Source: Candidatus Nealsonbacteria bacterium (GTDB taxonomy: Bacteria; Patescibacteriota; Minisyncoccia; Minisyncoccales; MHMH01). From it: DNA of 64,000 bases. The notes under the pieces were generated by a model that saw nothing but the letters and a program-made list of their open reading frames with translations, was not told the origin of the DNA and made no database searches. The stretch covers positions 11,761 to 75,760 of the forward strand of contig JACOYH010000004.1 in assembly GCA_016181965.1 (NCBI GenBank), given 5' to 3'. How positions within the stretch are numbered: position 1 is the stretch's first letter; every line of letters starts with the position of its first letter. Made by a program: the position numbers and the translations under genes. Positions 17,777 to 27,934 of this stretch are shown piece after piece.

Positions 17777-18127
17777 ATGGAGACAAATCAAATTCCAACC
17801 CAGCCGCAAGCGCCAACTCCGCCGCCTACGGGCAGTTCAAGCCACAACAGAATAGCGATATTGGCTTATCTGGGCATTCTTATTTTAGTGCCCTTTCTAA
17901 CCGAAGCCAAAAACGACCCTTTTGTTAAGTTTCATATTAAGCAGGGTTTGGTTCTTATAATTTTTGAGTTAGGCGCACTCTTCCTCGTGCAATTTCTATG
18001 GTTTATCGCGCCGGTAATTTGGCTGTTTAACTTGGCTATGACCGCTATTGGAATCGTCAATGCGGCTTCGGGCAAAATGAAAGAGTTGCCGGTGATCGGC
18101 GGCATAGCCCGAAATTTTAATTTCTAA
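17777..18127 (+). CDS. Small polytopic membrane protein (DUF4870-like pattern)
   Basis: Pro/Gln-rich N-terminus, then AILAYLGILILVPFL...KNDPFVKFHIKQGL pattern. Confidence 0.45.
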   Translation: METNQIPTQPQAPTPPPTGSSSHNRIAILAYLGILILVPFLTEAKNDPFVKFHIKQGLVLIIFELGALFLVQFLWFIAPVIWLFNLAMTAIGIVNAASGKMKELPVIGGIARNFNF

Positions 18128-18128
18128 A

Positions 18129-19883
18129 TTAGGCGAAGCCGCCGGCTTGAATTTCCCAAAGCCGCTGGTATCTCCCTTTCTTTGCCTTGAGCAGTTCTCT
18201 GTGCTTGCCCTGCTCAACGATTTTGCCGTTTTCAATAACCACGATGCGATCCATTTGCATAATGGTTGAAAGCCGGTGCGCAATAACTAAGGTAGTGCGA
18301 TTCTTCATCAGCTTGGCAAGAGCATCTTGAATAAACATCTCGCTTTCGCTATCCAACGACGAAGTTGCTTCGTCCAATAAAAGAATGGGGGCGTCTTTTA
18401 AGAGAGAACGGGCTATGGCTACCCGCTGACGCTCGCCGCCGGAAAGCTTAATACCTCTCTCGCCAACAAGGGTATCATAACCCTGCGGCAAGGCCGAAAT
18501 AAACTCATGGGCGTGGGCGAGTTTCGCCGCCTCAATGACTTCTTTGTCCGAGGCCTCGGGCCGCGCGTAGCGGATATTTTCCATTAGCGAGCGGTGGAAT
18601 AAAATCGGGTCTTGAGGCACATAGGCAATTTGCCTTCTTAAATCATCTTGCTGAATGTTGGTTATCTTCTGGCCGTCAATCAAAATCTCGCCCCTCTGCA
18701 CATCCGCGAAACGCAAAAGCAATTTTGTGACAGTGGACTTGCCCGCTCCCGAGGGACCAACCAAGCCGACCCTCTCCCCCGCCTCAATACGCAACGAAAA
18801 ATCATGGAAGACCTTGGCTCCCTTGCCATAAGTGAATGATACTTCATTGATTTCTATCGCGCCCTTGCTGATGCGGCATTCTTCCGGACATTCGGGATCG
18901 CTCACGCTAATCGGCTTTTCAAAAATATCAACCATCTCTTTTGCTTCGGCTAAAGCGGTCATAACTCGCGTAAGATTTCGGCCGATATTCCAAACGACTT
19001 CAAAGGCCGTGAAAATATATATTTGCATTAAAATAATCGTACCAGCCGAAATCGCCCCCTGCAGCCAGAGATACACAGCGGCGAAAATACCGCCAAATTC
19101 AAAGAAAGCGATAAAATACCCCTGAAAAGCGCCCTGCAAATTCCCGAAATACCACGCATTACGGCGGTTCTTTTCTTCCTTATGCGTAACATGAGCAAAA
19201 TAAGAAATTTCCTTTCTCTGCGAAGCAAACATTTTTATATTCAAAATATTGGTTATGGCGTCGGCCAAAACACCCGTGGTCTTAGAATTTGCCTCTGCCG
19301 TTAATAGGTCCTTTTTAAATTTTTTCTTTACAAATAAAGCCGTAAGGCCGATGTAAAGTATCAACCAAATGAGTAAGATTGCTCCGAGTATTTTGGAAAA
19401 ATAAGTCAGCACCGCGAAAGCAAAAACAAGCCGCAGGCCGTTCATCCAACCGGCGAAAACAATCTGGTCGTGAATTGTCTCAAAAGCGTTGACATGCCTT
19501 CTAACTTTAGCGACAAGGCCGCCGGTGAATACGTTGGAAAAAAATTCATACGAATGGCGCACAATTCTGCTAAAAGCGTCATCGGCGATGCCTTTCAGCA
19601 TACGGCTTTGCGCGTAAGACATGGCAAGGTCGGCCAAACGATAGAAAAAATTGTAAAACAGCAAAACAGCGCCAAGCATAAGCAAAGTATTAATCAATAC
19701 GCTTGACGCTTCGGCCGGGACCCCTGTCGTTGTCACGACGTCAATAATCCGCTTATACAAAAGCGGAGCTATGATGCTCGACCCAGCCACCGCAATGCCG
19801 TAAGAAACAAACACGAGCAAGTTGCTCTTTTTGTATTTCTTCAGATGCGGCCAGTAATATTTGAATATGAGCTTGAGGTTCAT
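18129..19883 (-). CDS. ABC transporter, fused permease/ATPase (MsbA-like exporter)
   Basis: Walker A GPSGAGKST, signature LSGGERQRVAIARSL, Walker B ILLLDEATSSLD. Confidence 0.9.
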   Translation of the reverse strand: MNLKLIFKYYWPHLKKYKKSNLLVFVSYGIAVAGSSIIAPLLYKRIIDVVTTTGVPAEASSVLINTLLMLGAVLLFYNFFYRLADLAMSYAQSRMLKGIADDAFSRIVRHSYEFFSNVFTGGLVAKVRRHVNAFETIHDQIVFAGWMNGLRLVFAFAVLTYFSKILGAILLIWLILYIGLTALFVKKKFKKDLLTAEANSKTTGVLADAITNILNIKMFASQRKEISYFAHVTHKEEKNRRNAWYFGNLQGAFQGYFIAFFEFGGIFAAVYLWLQGAISAGTIILMQIYIFTAFEVVWNIGRNLTRVMTALAEAKEMVDIFEKPISVSDPECPEECRISKGAIEINEVSFTYGKGAKVFHDFSLRIEAGERVGLVGPSGAGKSTVTKLLLRFADVQRGEILIDGQKITNIQQDDLRRQIAYVPQDPILFHRSLMENIRYARPEASDKEVIEAAKLAHAHEFISALPQGYDTLVGERGIKLSGGERQRVAIARSLLKDAPILLLDEATSSLDSESEMFIQDALAKLMKNRTTLVIAHRLSTIMQMDRIVVIENGKIVEQGKHRELLKAKKGRYQRLWEIQAGGFA

Positions 19884-19890
19884 AAAACTT

Positions 19891-19966
19891 TGGTGGACCC
19901 AGAGGGACTCGAACCCTCGACCTCCTGCATGCCATGCAGGCGCGCTACCAACTGCGCCATGGGCCC
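19891..19966 (-). tRNA. tRNA-Ala (GGC), CCA encoded
   Basis: Acceptor gggccca/tgggtcc with G3-U70, anticodon loop atggcat. Confidence 0.8.
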
Positions 19967-19977
19967 ATAATATGGAG

Positions 19978-20049
19978 TGCCCCCACCAGGAGTCGAACCT
20001 GGATTTAAGGTTTAGGAAACCTCCGTCCTATCCATTGAACGACAGGGGC
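19978..20049 (-). tRNA. tRNA-Arg (CCT)
   Basis: Acceptor gcccctg/tgggggc, anticodon loop ttcctaa. Confidence 0.75.
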
Positions 20050-20101
20050 GGACTATAGGGATATTAACAAAAATTTTACCTCAGGGCAAGGTCGTGCTAA
20101 A

Positions 20102-21190
20102 ATGTTAAAATATAACTATAATATAATTCCTATGGAAAAATATATGAAAAATTCACCAATCCCGGGCGTGGTCAAAAAGGTTTTGCCCAGCGTTGTCAGC
20201 GTAATTGTTTCAAAGCTTCTGCCTGTTTTTGAAACGCCTTACGGCCTGATGCCACAACAAGAAGAAAACCCTTTCGGCGCCCCCCTGCCCTTTCCTTTCA
20301 TGGTGCCCAAGGGGAAGAAAAAGATTCAGATCGGCGGCGGTTCTGGGTTCATCGTGGAATCTTCGGGGATTATCATCACCAATCGCCATGTCGTGGCTGA
20401 TTCTCTGGCGGAATATACGGTAGTGCTCAATGAAGAAAAAAAATATTCCGCAGAGGTAGTAGCTCGCGACCCGATCAATGATGTGGCCATATTGAAAATA
20501 AAAGAAAAAAATCTGCCTGCGCTCGCGCTCGGCGATTCTTCCAAGTTGGAGTTGGGGCAAACAGCCATTGCTATAGGCAACGCTCTGGGAAACTTTTTGA
20601 ACACTGTTTCGGTGGGAGTCGTATCGGGACTTTCCCGAGAAATCAGCGCCGGCGATGTCATCACGAAAAGAATGACGAAACTGCGGGGACTGATTCAAAC
20701 CGATGCCGCCATAAATCCGGGAAATTCCGGAGGCCCTTTAATTGATATTGAGGGAAGAGTTATCGGCATCAACACGGCCATGGTTTTTATGGCTGAAAAT
20801 ATCGGCTTTGCTCTGCCCATCAACAATGCAAAAAAGGACCTGCAAGATCTAAAAAAATTCGGCAGAATCAGGCACCCATTCCTGGGCTTGAGATATGTTA
20901 TATTAGACAAGGAACTTCAAGAAAAATTCAAGCTGTCGGTTGATCGAGGAGCGTTGGTGATTTCCGAACCGGCGCCGGGCGGCCAAGCCGTAGTGCCCGG
21001 CGGCGCTGCCGATAGGGCGGGCATTAAAGAAGGCGACGTAATACTAGAAATAGCAAATCAGCAAATTTCCACAAAAAATCCTTTAGAAGAAATTCTGCAA
21101 AAACAAAAAATCGGCGACTCGGTGAGCTGTAAAGTAATAAGAAAAGGCCAAGAACTAACGCTCAAAGCAATCCTTACCGAAAGAAAATAA
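20102..21190 (+). CDS. htrA: HtrA/DegP-family serine protease with PDZ domain
   Basis: GSGFIV...ITNRHVV, TDAAINPGNSGGPL, C-terminal PDZ. Confidence 0.9.
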   Translation: MLKYNYNIIPMEKYMKNSPIPGVVKKVLPSVVSVIVSKLLPVFETPYGLMPQQEENPFGAPLPFPFMVPKGKKKIQIGGGSGFIVESSGIIITNRHVVADSLAEYTVVLNEEKKYSAEVVARDPINDVAILKIKEKNLPALALGDSSKLELGQTAIAIGNALGNFLNTVSVGVVSGLSREISAGDVITKRMTKLRGLIQTDAAINPGNSGGPLIDIEGRVIGINTAMVFMAENIGFALPINNAKKDLQDLKKFGRIRHPFLGLRYVILDKELQEKFKLSVDRGALVISEPAPGGQAVVPGGAADRAGIKEGDVILEIANQQISTKNPLEEILQKQKIGDSVSCKVIRKGQELTLKAILTERK

Positions 21191-21192
21191 AT

Positions 21193-21265
21193 GGGTGGCT
21201 AAGCGGACTCGAACCGCCTCTGAGAGTTCCACAAACTCTAGTGCTGCCATTACACCATAGCCACC
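21193..21265 (-). tRNA. tRNA-His (GTG)
   Basis: Acceptor ggtggct/agccacc, anticodon loop ttgtgga. Confidence 0.8.
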
Positions 21266-21280
21266 ATATATCTTAGCGGG

Positions 21281-21352
21281 TGTCCCCGCGAGGAATCGAA
21301 CCTCGATCTAGACCTTAGAAGGGTCCTATTCTATCCGTTGAACTACGGGGAC
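21281..21352 (-). tRNA. tRNA-Arg (TCT)
   Basis: Acceptor gtccccg/cggggac, anticodon loop cttctaa. Confidence 0.75.
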
Positions 21353-21396
21353 TTTACATTCTGATTATACTCAAATTTGCAAGAATATCAAGATTA

Positions 21397-21693
21397 TTAA
21401 AAAGGATCGGGGTATTCACTTTCTAAGGCCGCATTGAATTGGGATTGTCTTTGTTCCCACCTCGCCATCAAGTCGGAGAAACGGCCCCCTTGAAACCTAA
21501 TAACCTCCTTCTTTATTTGTGGCTCGGCTTTTGGCGCCTGCACAGCGTACTGATAAAAAATTATAATTCCAACAATCGCCATCGCTAAGGTAGAAACAAG
21601 CATCGATAGAAACAACCGCTCCCCCGCCAACCATGGCAGTTTCTGAAAAAAGGCGCCGTATCTTTTAATTTGTTCGCTTTTGATTGGCGTCAT
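21397..21693 (-). CDS. Small membrane protein at the distal end of the pilMNO operon
   Basis: Single TM; position in operon. Confidence 0.35.
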   Translation of the reverse strand: MTPIKSEQIKRYGAFFQKLPWLAGERLFLSMLVSTLAMAIVGIIIFYQYAVQAPKAEPQIKKEVIRFQGGRFSDLMARWEQRQSQFNAALESEYPDPF

Positions 21694-22217
21694 TTTGAAT
21701 AAACTTTTATGTTTAGGGTTGCACTAACTTTATCTTCGTTTTTTTCCATTCTACTGATGCTCAAATTCAAGGGCTGCAACAGGTAATCGCCGTATTCGAG
21801 CGCCTCTAAAAATCGCGCAACATCTGAAAAATCACCCTCCAGCAGCAGCCGAAAGTTCATTGACTCCCAGGGATCTCCTTCTATTTTCTGCGGGGAGACC
21901 GGAGTGATTTCGATGGAGATGCCCGCTAAACCAGCTTCTTTCTCAAGGAATTCTATAAAGCCGATGGGTTCCCTCGAATTAACAAAAAGATTATCTATGC
22001 GCTCCAAGCTGTCCCGATACGTTTCCCTATTGGCTGCAAATACCTCGAGATTCTCCTTCTTGGCTTCCAGTTCAGCCAGCCGATTCTTTTGCGAAATAAA
22101 ACTATCTGCTGTTTCTCTGATTTGAGAGAACAACGGCCACAGCCAAAATACAACTACAATTACAAGCACTAACGCCAACAGCCCCGCGGCTATTTTGGTT
22201 TTATTCTCAATGCTCAT
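21690..22217 (-). CDS. pilO: Type IV pilus assembly protein PilO-like
   Basis: Single N-terminal TM plus coiled coil; follows pilN. Confidence 0.55.
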   Translation of the reverse strand: MSIENKTKIAAGLLALVLVIVVVFWLWPLFSQIRETADSFISQKNRLAELEAKKENLEVFAANRETYRDSLERIDNLFVNSREPIGFIEFLEKEAGLAGISIEITPVSPQKIEGDPWESMNFRLLLEGDFSDVARFLEALEYGDYLLQPLNLSISRMEKNEDKVSATLNIKVYSK

Positions 22218-22761
22218 TGATATTAAAGGTTACCGAAAAATTGATATCTGCCGGCTTCACCCAGTTCGACGGAGGAAAATCAATATCTCTGAAACCGGAC
22301 TCGTCTCCCAAATTTTTTTTCAGAACAAAAAGCGCTTCTCGGACGGGCGCATAGCCGGTTAAAGAACTTTTTAGCGTCTGCTCTCCATCCTCGTTTTGGA
22401 TGTTAAAATAAAGAGTATTTAACCGCGCTTGATTAGGCATGGCGGCAGCCACGAGCGACAGGGCGCCGCTAAAACTTATTTGGTTTTGATAAAAAAATTC
22501 AAGGCGGTTAATTTCTGCATTAATAGCCCCTATCTCATCTGTTAAATCCTGCGCTTGCGAACCCGCGAACCTTTCTTCCTCCAGTCGTACCAAAATTTCC
22601 CGGGCATCAACCATGCCCGAAACATAAAACTTTATTGAAAGCAAAATTAAGAAAAGGGCAACGAAAGCAAACAACGCTATAACTCCCCAAATAACAACCA
22701 ATCGCAACCCATTCTCTGCTTCCAATATTCTTTTTTCTGCGGGTGGCAGCAGATTAATCAT
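22207..22761 (-). CDS. pilN: Type IV pilus assembly protein PilN-like
   Basis: MINLLPP N-terminus, single TM, position after pilM. Confidence 0.65.
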   Translation of the reverse strand: MINLLPPAEKRILEAENGLRLVVIWGVIALFAFVALFLILLSIKFYVSGMVDAREILVRLEEERFAGSQAQDLTDEIGAINAEINRLEFFYQNQISFSGALSLVAAAMPNQARLNTLYFNIQNEDGEQTLKSSLTGYAPVREALFVLKKNLGDESGFRDIDFPPSNWVKPADINFSVTFNINEH

Positions 22762-23824
22762 ATTTTAAGCCCTGCAGGGCAAGCCCCAGGGCGGTAGTGT
22801 ACCGTAATGATTCGCTATATGGCAGTTCAGGCACTTCTTTAATTGGACTAGGCATGATATTGATCCATGGATTGCCGAGTTCCACGGGCAGTTTTAATCT
22901 CGCTGATAAAAATTCGCTTAGGCCCTTTAAGTTGGCGCCTCCGCCAGAGAGAATTATTTTTTCTATTTCTTTGCCCGTAGACGGAAGATGCTCATGGGCG
23001 GCATAACCCTGATAATACTCTAAATGCTTTTCGATTGTCGCGGCTAATTCAGTCAAAATCGGTTTTAAGATTTCTTGGCCATCAAGCCCTTCTTGAATTT
23101 TTAGTTTTTCGGCCTGTTGAAAGCTAATTTTCAATGCTTCGGCGATGGTCTCGGTGAGCTTGCGACAGGCAAAAGCAATGGACGAAGTGAATCTTAACGA
23201 ATGTCCGGCGAAAATGCTTAGTCGCGTATTGCTCGCCCCCATATCAATTAATAGAACGGACTTCGTAGTCGCGCCTCCCGCAATCAGCGCCCGTGATATA
23301 GCTTGCGACTCCATTTCCAAAACCAACGGTTTCAGCCCCGAGCGCTTCAGGACTGTCACGTAAGGGTCAACGGTTTTTTGAGGCAAAGCGGTGATTAAAG
23401 CATCGAGATGGTCCAAATGGTTTACAATTGGAGTTACAATCTGGGAATCGAGATAGACATTATCAATGGGCAGGGGTACATAATTTTCGGCTTCGAAGCG
23501 GATGGCCTTTTTAAGTTCGTCTTCTTTCATCTTGGGCATTTGAATGACCTGTAAAAAGGCCCGTTCCTCCGGCAAAGAAGCGACCACATATTTTGTGTTT
23601 AATCTTTTCCCTTGAACCTCTTTGCAGGCCTCTCTCAAAATTTCTGTCAGCGCCTCGCCGTCTTTAATTTCTCCCTCCTCTATTATTCCGGGTTTTATTG
23701 TTTTTTCGCCAAAAGAAGCAAGGGCCATAAGACCGCCCCTCTTTTCGAGCTTAATAATTTTCAAAGAAAAATCAGAGATGTCCAATCCAAAGGCCTGCGG
23801 TTTTAGATTTAAGTAGTCCAGCAT
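22754..23824 (-). CDS. pilM: Type IV pilus assembly protein PilM (actin-like ATPase fold)
   Basis: GLDISDFSLKII and LLIDMGASNTRLSIF phosphate-binding motifs; internal Met start chosen to avoid overlap. Confidence 0.8.
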   Translation of the reverse strand: MLDYLNLKPQAFGLDISDFSLKIIKLEKRGGLMALASFGEKTIKPGIIEEGEIKDGEALTEILREACKEVQGKRLNTKYVVASLPEERAFLQVIQMPKMKEDELKKAIRFEAENYVPLPIDNVYLDSQIVTPIVNHLDHLDALITALPQKTVDPYVTVLKRSGLKPLVLEMESQAISRALIAGGATTKSVLLIDMGASNTRLSIFAGHSLRFTSSIAFACRKLTETIAEALKISFQQAEKLKIQEGLDGQEILKPILTELAATIEKHLEYYQGYAAHEHLPSTGKEIEKIILSGGGANLKGLSEFLSARLKLPVELGNPWINIMPSPIKEVPELPYSESLRYTTALGLALQGLKYD

Positions 23825-23825
23825 T

Positions 23826-25268
23826 TTAATAACTTTCTTCCCAATGCTCAATGGTAACAATCTGAGAGTAGGGCAAGCCCTCGCCGCCCGGCGGCTGACT
23901 GCCTCCCCATACCCCTTCTCGAATTATATCATTATCTAGATAAAGATTCAGGGGGGCCCAGGCGCTAGTAAGAGAAAACTTTCTAGCAATAATACCCCCC
24001 GTAATGTTGAAAGCGAGGGGCAAGCTATTCATTCTGATTTCGTCTTCGGCATAAATCAGCCCCGTGATATTTGTTTCCTGAAATGAAGAATAGGGACCGA
24101 AATTTATCTTGCCCTGGCTGATCAAGCCCGAGGGAAAACCGACCCCGGGATCATTAATAGTAATATGATTGAATCCGAAATCGTCGCCCCACTTTGATTT
24201 CTCGCCAATATTAACCGTTCTTTCAGCGATTAGCGCCCCGTTAATTTCAAGCGCCCTGCCGCCCGCCAGGTCAATTTTACCCTCAACGTAATAGGTTGAG
24301 ACAACGCTTCCGTTCGTCATATGCTCGAGGATTAGCTTCCCGTTCTGGCCCACTTGCCAGAGAAGGTCCTCAAATTCGTTTTCTGAAAAAATGCACTGAT
24401 TGCTCGTCAATACCGGATTATCCAAAAAATCCTTGCCTAAGATACTGCACTGGCCTTGATCTTGGGCGGCCTGCGCCTTGTTTTTATAAGAAGCAGGGTC
24501 ATTGGAATTAAAATCAATGGCTGTTATTTCAACTGGAACATGGGCGCAACCGTTATTGGTGCACTCGCTAAATTCCTGGGAATCAAGACAGCCGCACGTG
24601 GAAGTGGTATTGCAGATGTTTTGAGAGCACTCGGCCTCCGAGTCCAAACTGCTTGAATCAGAGACAAGCAAATTCCCTACGGTCAAGACCTTTCCATCCA
24701 CATTCACGTTGCTCCAAAGCTGAATTTTCAGAGCATTGTTGACAAACATGTTGCCCGAATTAACGTTCAGATTGCTGGCCTGAATTGTGCTCTCGCCGCT
24801 GGGCGCTCCGGCAAAAACAGGGCTGTCTACGGTTAAAGATCCCAGGGCCTTCAAAACGCCAACCCTGATTACCCTTTGAGCGGTTTTTCCGGGGCCAAGA
24901 GCAATCGTAGAGGTGGCAATAATTTCTCCTTCAGCGCAACGGTTATTCTGAATAGATACCTCGGTGGCAGAGTCGGCCTCGTAACTCCGGCTAAAAGAAG
25001 CGCCCCAACTATCACAACCCGGGCTTTCTTCAAAAGAATTCTTCCAGATAGGATCATTTTTAAGTTTCCAGATGGCCTCATTGATTCCCGCTTCGCTTAA
25101 ATAATAGGTTTTAGTGGCGACTTCCTGGCTTCTGGCGATTCTTGATTCGGTTAGAGTAAAAGTAAGAAAATAACTGCCGAGCAGCAAAATAACAGCCAGC
25201 GCCAAAGTCGCAATAATCACGATAACCCCTGCCTGCGCAGGCAGGCCTTTATTTTCAACAACTAACAT
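23826..25268 (-). CDS. PilX-like N-terminal domain protein (large pilus-associated / tip protein)
   Basis: N-terminal ...AQAGVIVIIATLALAVILLLGSYF hydrophobic segment typical of PilX-like proteins; large Thr/Ser/Asn-rich ectodomain. Confidence 0.45.
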   Translation of the reverse strand: MLVVENKGLPAQAGVIVIIATLALAVILLLGSYFLTFTLTESRIARSQEVATKTYYLSEAGINEAIWKLKNDPIWKNSFEESPGCDSWGASFSRSYEADSATEVSIQNNRCAEGEIIATSTIALGPGKTAQRVIRVGVLKALGSLTVDSPVFAGAPSGESTIQASNLNVNSGNMFVNNALKIQLWSNVNVDGKVLTVGNLLVSDSSSLDSEAECSQNICNTTSTCGCLDSQEFSECTNNGCAHVPVEITAIDFNSNDPASYKNKAQAAQDQGQCSILGKDFLDNPVLTSNQCIFSENEFEDLLWQVGQNGKLILEHMTNGSVVSTYYVEGKIDLAGGRALEINGALIAERTVNIGEKSKWGDDFGFNHITINDPGVGFPSGLISQGKINFGPYSSFQETNITGLIYAEDEIRMNSLPLAFNITGGIIARKFSLTSAWAPLNLYLDNDIIREGVWGGSQPPGGEGLPYSQIVTIEHWEESY

Positions 25269-25269
25269 A

Positions 25270-25848
25270 TTAAAAATTTCGGCCGAACACCGATGTTTTT
25301 AAGTGGATATTTTGTTCGCCTTTTTCGAGTAATAGTCCGAGATAAACCACGCCATTGCTCCAAAAATTCAATTGGCTGACAAATTCTCCGACCACTTGGG
25401 ATGGTTCCAGAGATTTGTTCTCTAGTATTTGGCCGGGCGGGGGCAAGGCATCATAAGAAACCAAGGTCTGTTCAGGATCGTTAGAAAAATAAAAGCCGAT
25501 GACTTCTCGTTTAATTTGGGACGCGCTCTCGTCGCGCAAGTAGCGAATATAATGATAAGGAACCGATAGGTGCCCGTCTTCAAACATCAGCGTGCTTGTG
25601 GCCTGGGACTCGGCCAAGGGAAGCTCGGTGACAATTTCCCTTGCCTGCCTTATCTCTCGCGTCAGCCGCTCCAGCAAGACCCTGCCGTTTTGGGTAATTT
25701 CAGCTCCGGCTTCCCCTCCCCTATAAACCCTTTGGCTGAAATTAAAAGCCAAAAGAATGGCGCCGAGCACCAAAAAAACCACAGATATTGCCATCAGGGT
25801 TTCGGGAAGCGTAAAAGCATTTTTGTTTTTTATAATTTGCGGCATCAT
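25270..25848 (-). CDS. Type IV minor pilin (prepilin-type N-terminus, FTLPE variant)
   Basis: KNAFTLPETLMAISVVFLVLGAIL class III signal-like N-terminus. Confidence 0.6.
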   Translation of the reverse strand: MMPQIIKNKNAFTLPETLMAISVVFLVLGAILLAFNFSQRVYRGGEAGAEITQNGRVLLERLTREIRQAREIVTELPLAESQATSTLMFEDGHLSVPYHYIRYLRDESASQIKREVIGFYFSNDPEQTLVSYDALPPPGQILENKSLEPSQVVGEFVSQLNFWSNGVVYLGLLLEKGEQNIHLKTSVFGRNF

Positions 25849-26277
25849 TTATCTTCTACTCACTATACTGCTTAAATTTATTTTCTCTTCGCCGCCGAAA
25901 GACGAACGCCAAGAGACATCAACATTAACCTTTTTCATTGGATAGGGGTCGTTGACTAAGTCGTAATCGCATGCGGCTGTCGAAAGGTCGGAGGCGTCAA
26001 GGCAAACAACGCTGGTAAGACGTTTGTAACCCTGAAACTCGGAAATTGTTCCGTAGTCCTCGGTGATTTCAGAGACCGACAAATCAGCATATGCCCGGGA
26101 AATTTGATTCTCTATTTTCTCCTGGGCAAGATAAACAGCCGCGGTCGTCTTTTGACTAAAGCCGGCTATTTGTATGCCCAGCGGAAACATATTCAAAATC
26201 GCCACAATGCCAACGGCCAAAATCGCCGTGGTAATAATAATCTCTATTAACGTGAAGCCGGCTTGCTCTTTTTTCAT
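25849..26277 (-). CDS. Type IV pilin (prepilin N-terminal cleavage/methylation motif)
   Basis: QAGFTLIEIIITTAILAVGI. Confidence 0.75.
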   Translation of the reverse strand: MKKEQAGFTLIEIIITTAILAVGIVAILNMFPLGIQIAGFSQKTTAAVYLAQEKIENQISRAYADLSVSEITEDYGTISEFQGYKRLTSVVCLDASDLSTAACDYDLVNDPYPMKKVNVDVSWRSSFGGEEKINLSSIVSRR

Positions 26278-26711
26278 TTGATGACTTTTACAAAGCCAGA
26301 AGGCCTGATATCTACGCCGCTAGTTGCGTTGCGGCTGTTAATAAAGGCAACGGTTCCCGATTCTTGGGCAGCCCCATAGGGGTTGAAAATTACCTGATTG
26401 CCGCTCAAGCCGGAAATTTGCTGAATATCAACTTCCGATGGCAGCGATTTTGTTTCTAGCACTTCTTCGCTCTCTCCGAATTTAATAATTTCGTATTTAT
26501 TGTCCGCTATGTTGAATCTGATGCCGTGATTAATCTGCTCATCAACCGACAATTGCCCGGCATAGCGCAGGTCGGTGACAAGGTCTCTCACTGTTCCCGA
26601 AAGCTGCAAAGACGGCTGATAGGCCCTGAAGGCCGGAATGCCTATTAAAAAAATGAGCGATATAATTCCTATAACAACTAATAATTCGATAAGAGTGAAA
26701 CTATTTCTCAT
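26274..26711 (-). CDS. Type IV pilin / pseudopilin
   Basis: NSFTLIELLVVIGIISLIF. Confidence 0.75.
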   Translation of the reverse strand: MRNSFTLIELLVVIGIISLIFLIGIPAFRAYQPSLQLSGTVRDLVTDLRYAGQLSVDEQINHGIRFNIADNKYEIIKFGESEEVLETKSLPSEVDIQQISGLSGNQVIFNPYGAAQESGTVAFINSRNATSGVDIRPSGFVKVIK

Positions 26712-27928
26712 TTGATGCCGCTTAGCATGCTATACATTGGTTGAATCATTGAAATGGCGAAAAAACCGACCGCTCCGCCGATAAAAAGCATTAAAATGGG
26801 TTCAATGATAGACGCCATATTCTTCGTGGCGGTCGTCACTTCTTCCTCAAAAAAGGCGCCTAATTTTTCCAAAATAGCCGATGTCTCTCCGGTTTCCTCT
26901 CCCACCTTGAGCATCTGGATAACGGTTGGCGGAAAAAGATTGCGGTGTGGAGCAAGGGACTCGGAAAGCTTGCTGCCTTTTTTCACCTCTTCTATCGCGC
27001 GCGTCAGCGCCTGCTTGTAATGAAAATTACCCACGCCTCCGGCGATAATCTCTAAAGACCTAATCAAAGAAACGCCCGCCGACAGCAAAGAGGCAAGGGT
27101 CCTGACTGTGTAAGCCGAATTGGTCTTTTTTACAATCGAGGCAACAATCGGGGTCTTGATGGCAACCTCCCCCAACGCCCTTTTGCCGGCTTTGGTCTGA
27201 AGAGCCAACCTAAACAAGAAGAAAAAAACGATTGCCAGCAGAATAGCTAAATACCATTGATTAGCAAGGAAATTTCCGGCGCCGATAACAAGCCGCGTTG
27301 TCAAGGGTAATTCTATTTCCAATTCTTCAAATGTTTCGGCTAATTTCGGAACAACGACAACCAGCATCATCACTCCAATACCCATCATTGCCAGAATAAT
27401 CACAGCGGGATACATTAAGGCGCTTTGGATTTTAGACCTTAATTCGTATTCCCTTTCCATCTGCCGGTTCAGCACGCCGAGATTTTCTTCCAAAGTGCCC
27501 GCTTCTTCCCCCACTTTCACCATACTGCGAAACAATTCTGAAAACACACCCGAATGTTTTTCCAGCGCCTCTGCAAAACTCCTGCCCTTGATTACTTCTT
27601 CGGCCACTTCCTGCAAGACCTTCTTTAATTTTTTGTTGGTGGACTGCTCGACAATGGTCTTGAGCGCCTTTGGCAGTGAAACTCCGGCGCTAATCATAAC
27701 CTGAAGATTCCTCGTCATCATCATCTTTTCTTGAAAAGAAATGCTTCCGGTGAGGGGTATACTTATCTCCAGCTTGCCTTTTGCGGGTTTTTCCCGCAGT
27801 TCGGCCGAAATCAAAACATAATCCTCTTGGCGAAGCGTTTTAGCCAGTTCGCTTTCATTTCTCGCTTCCCTATTGCCCGAATATGGTTCACCTCGTTGCG
27901 ATTTGGCAGTGAAAAAATATTTGGGCAT
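26708..27928 (-). CDS. pilC: Type IV pilus platform protein PilC/GspF
   Basis: Duplicated GspF domains, three TM segments, conserved MLKVGEETG motif. Confidence 0.9.
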   Translation of the reverse strand: MPKYFFTAKSQRGEPYSGNREARNESELAKTLRQEDYVLISAELREKPAKGKLEISIPLTGSISFQEKMMMTRNLQVMISAGVSLPKALKTIVEQSTNKKLKKVLQEVAEEVIKGRSFAEALEKHSGVFSELFRSMVKVGEEAGTLEENLGVLNRQMEREYELRSKIQSALMYPAVIILAMMGIGVMMLVVVVPKLAETFEELEIELPLTTRLVIGAGNFLANQWYLAILLAIVFFFLFRLALQTKAGKRALGEVAIKTPIVASIVKKTNSAYTVRTLASLLSAGVSLIRSLEIIAGGVGNFHYKQALTRAIEEVKKGSKLSESLAPHRNLFPPTVIQMLKVGEETGETSAILEKLGAFFEEEVTTATKNMASIIEPILMLFIGGAVGFFAISMIQPMYSMLSGIK

Positions 27929-27934
27929 ATTGTC

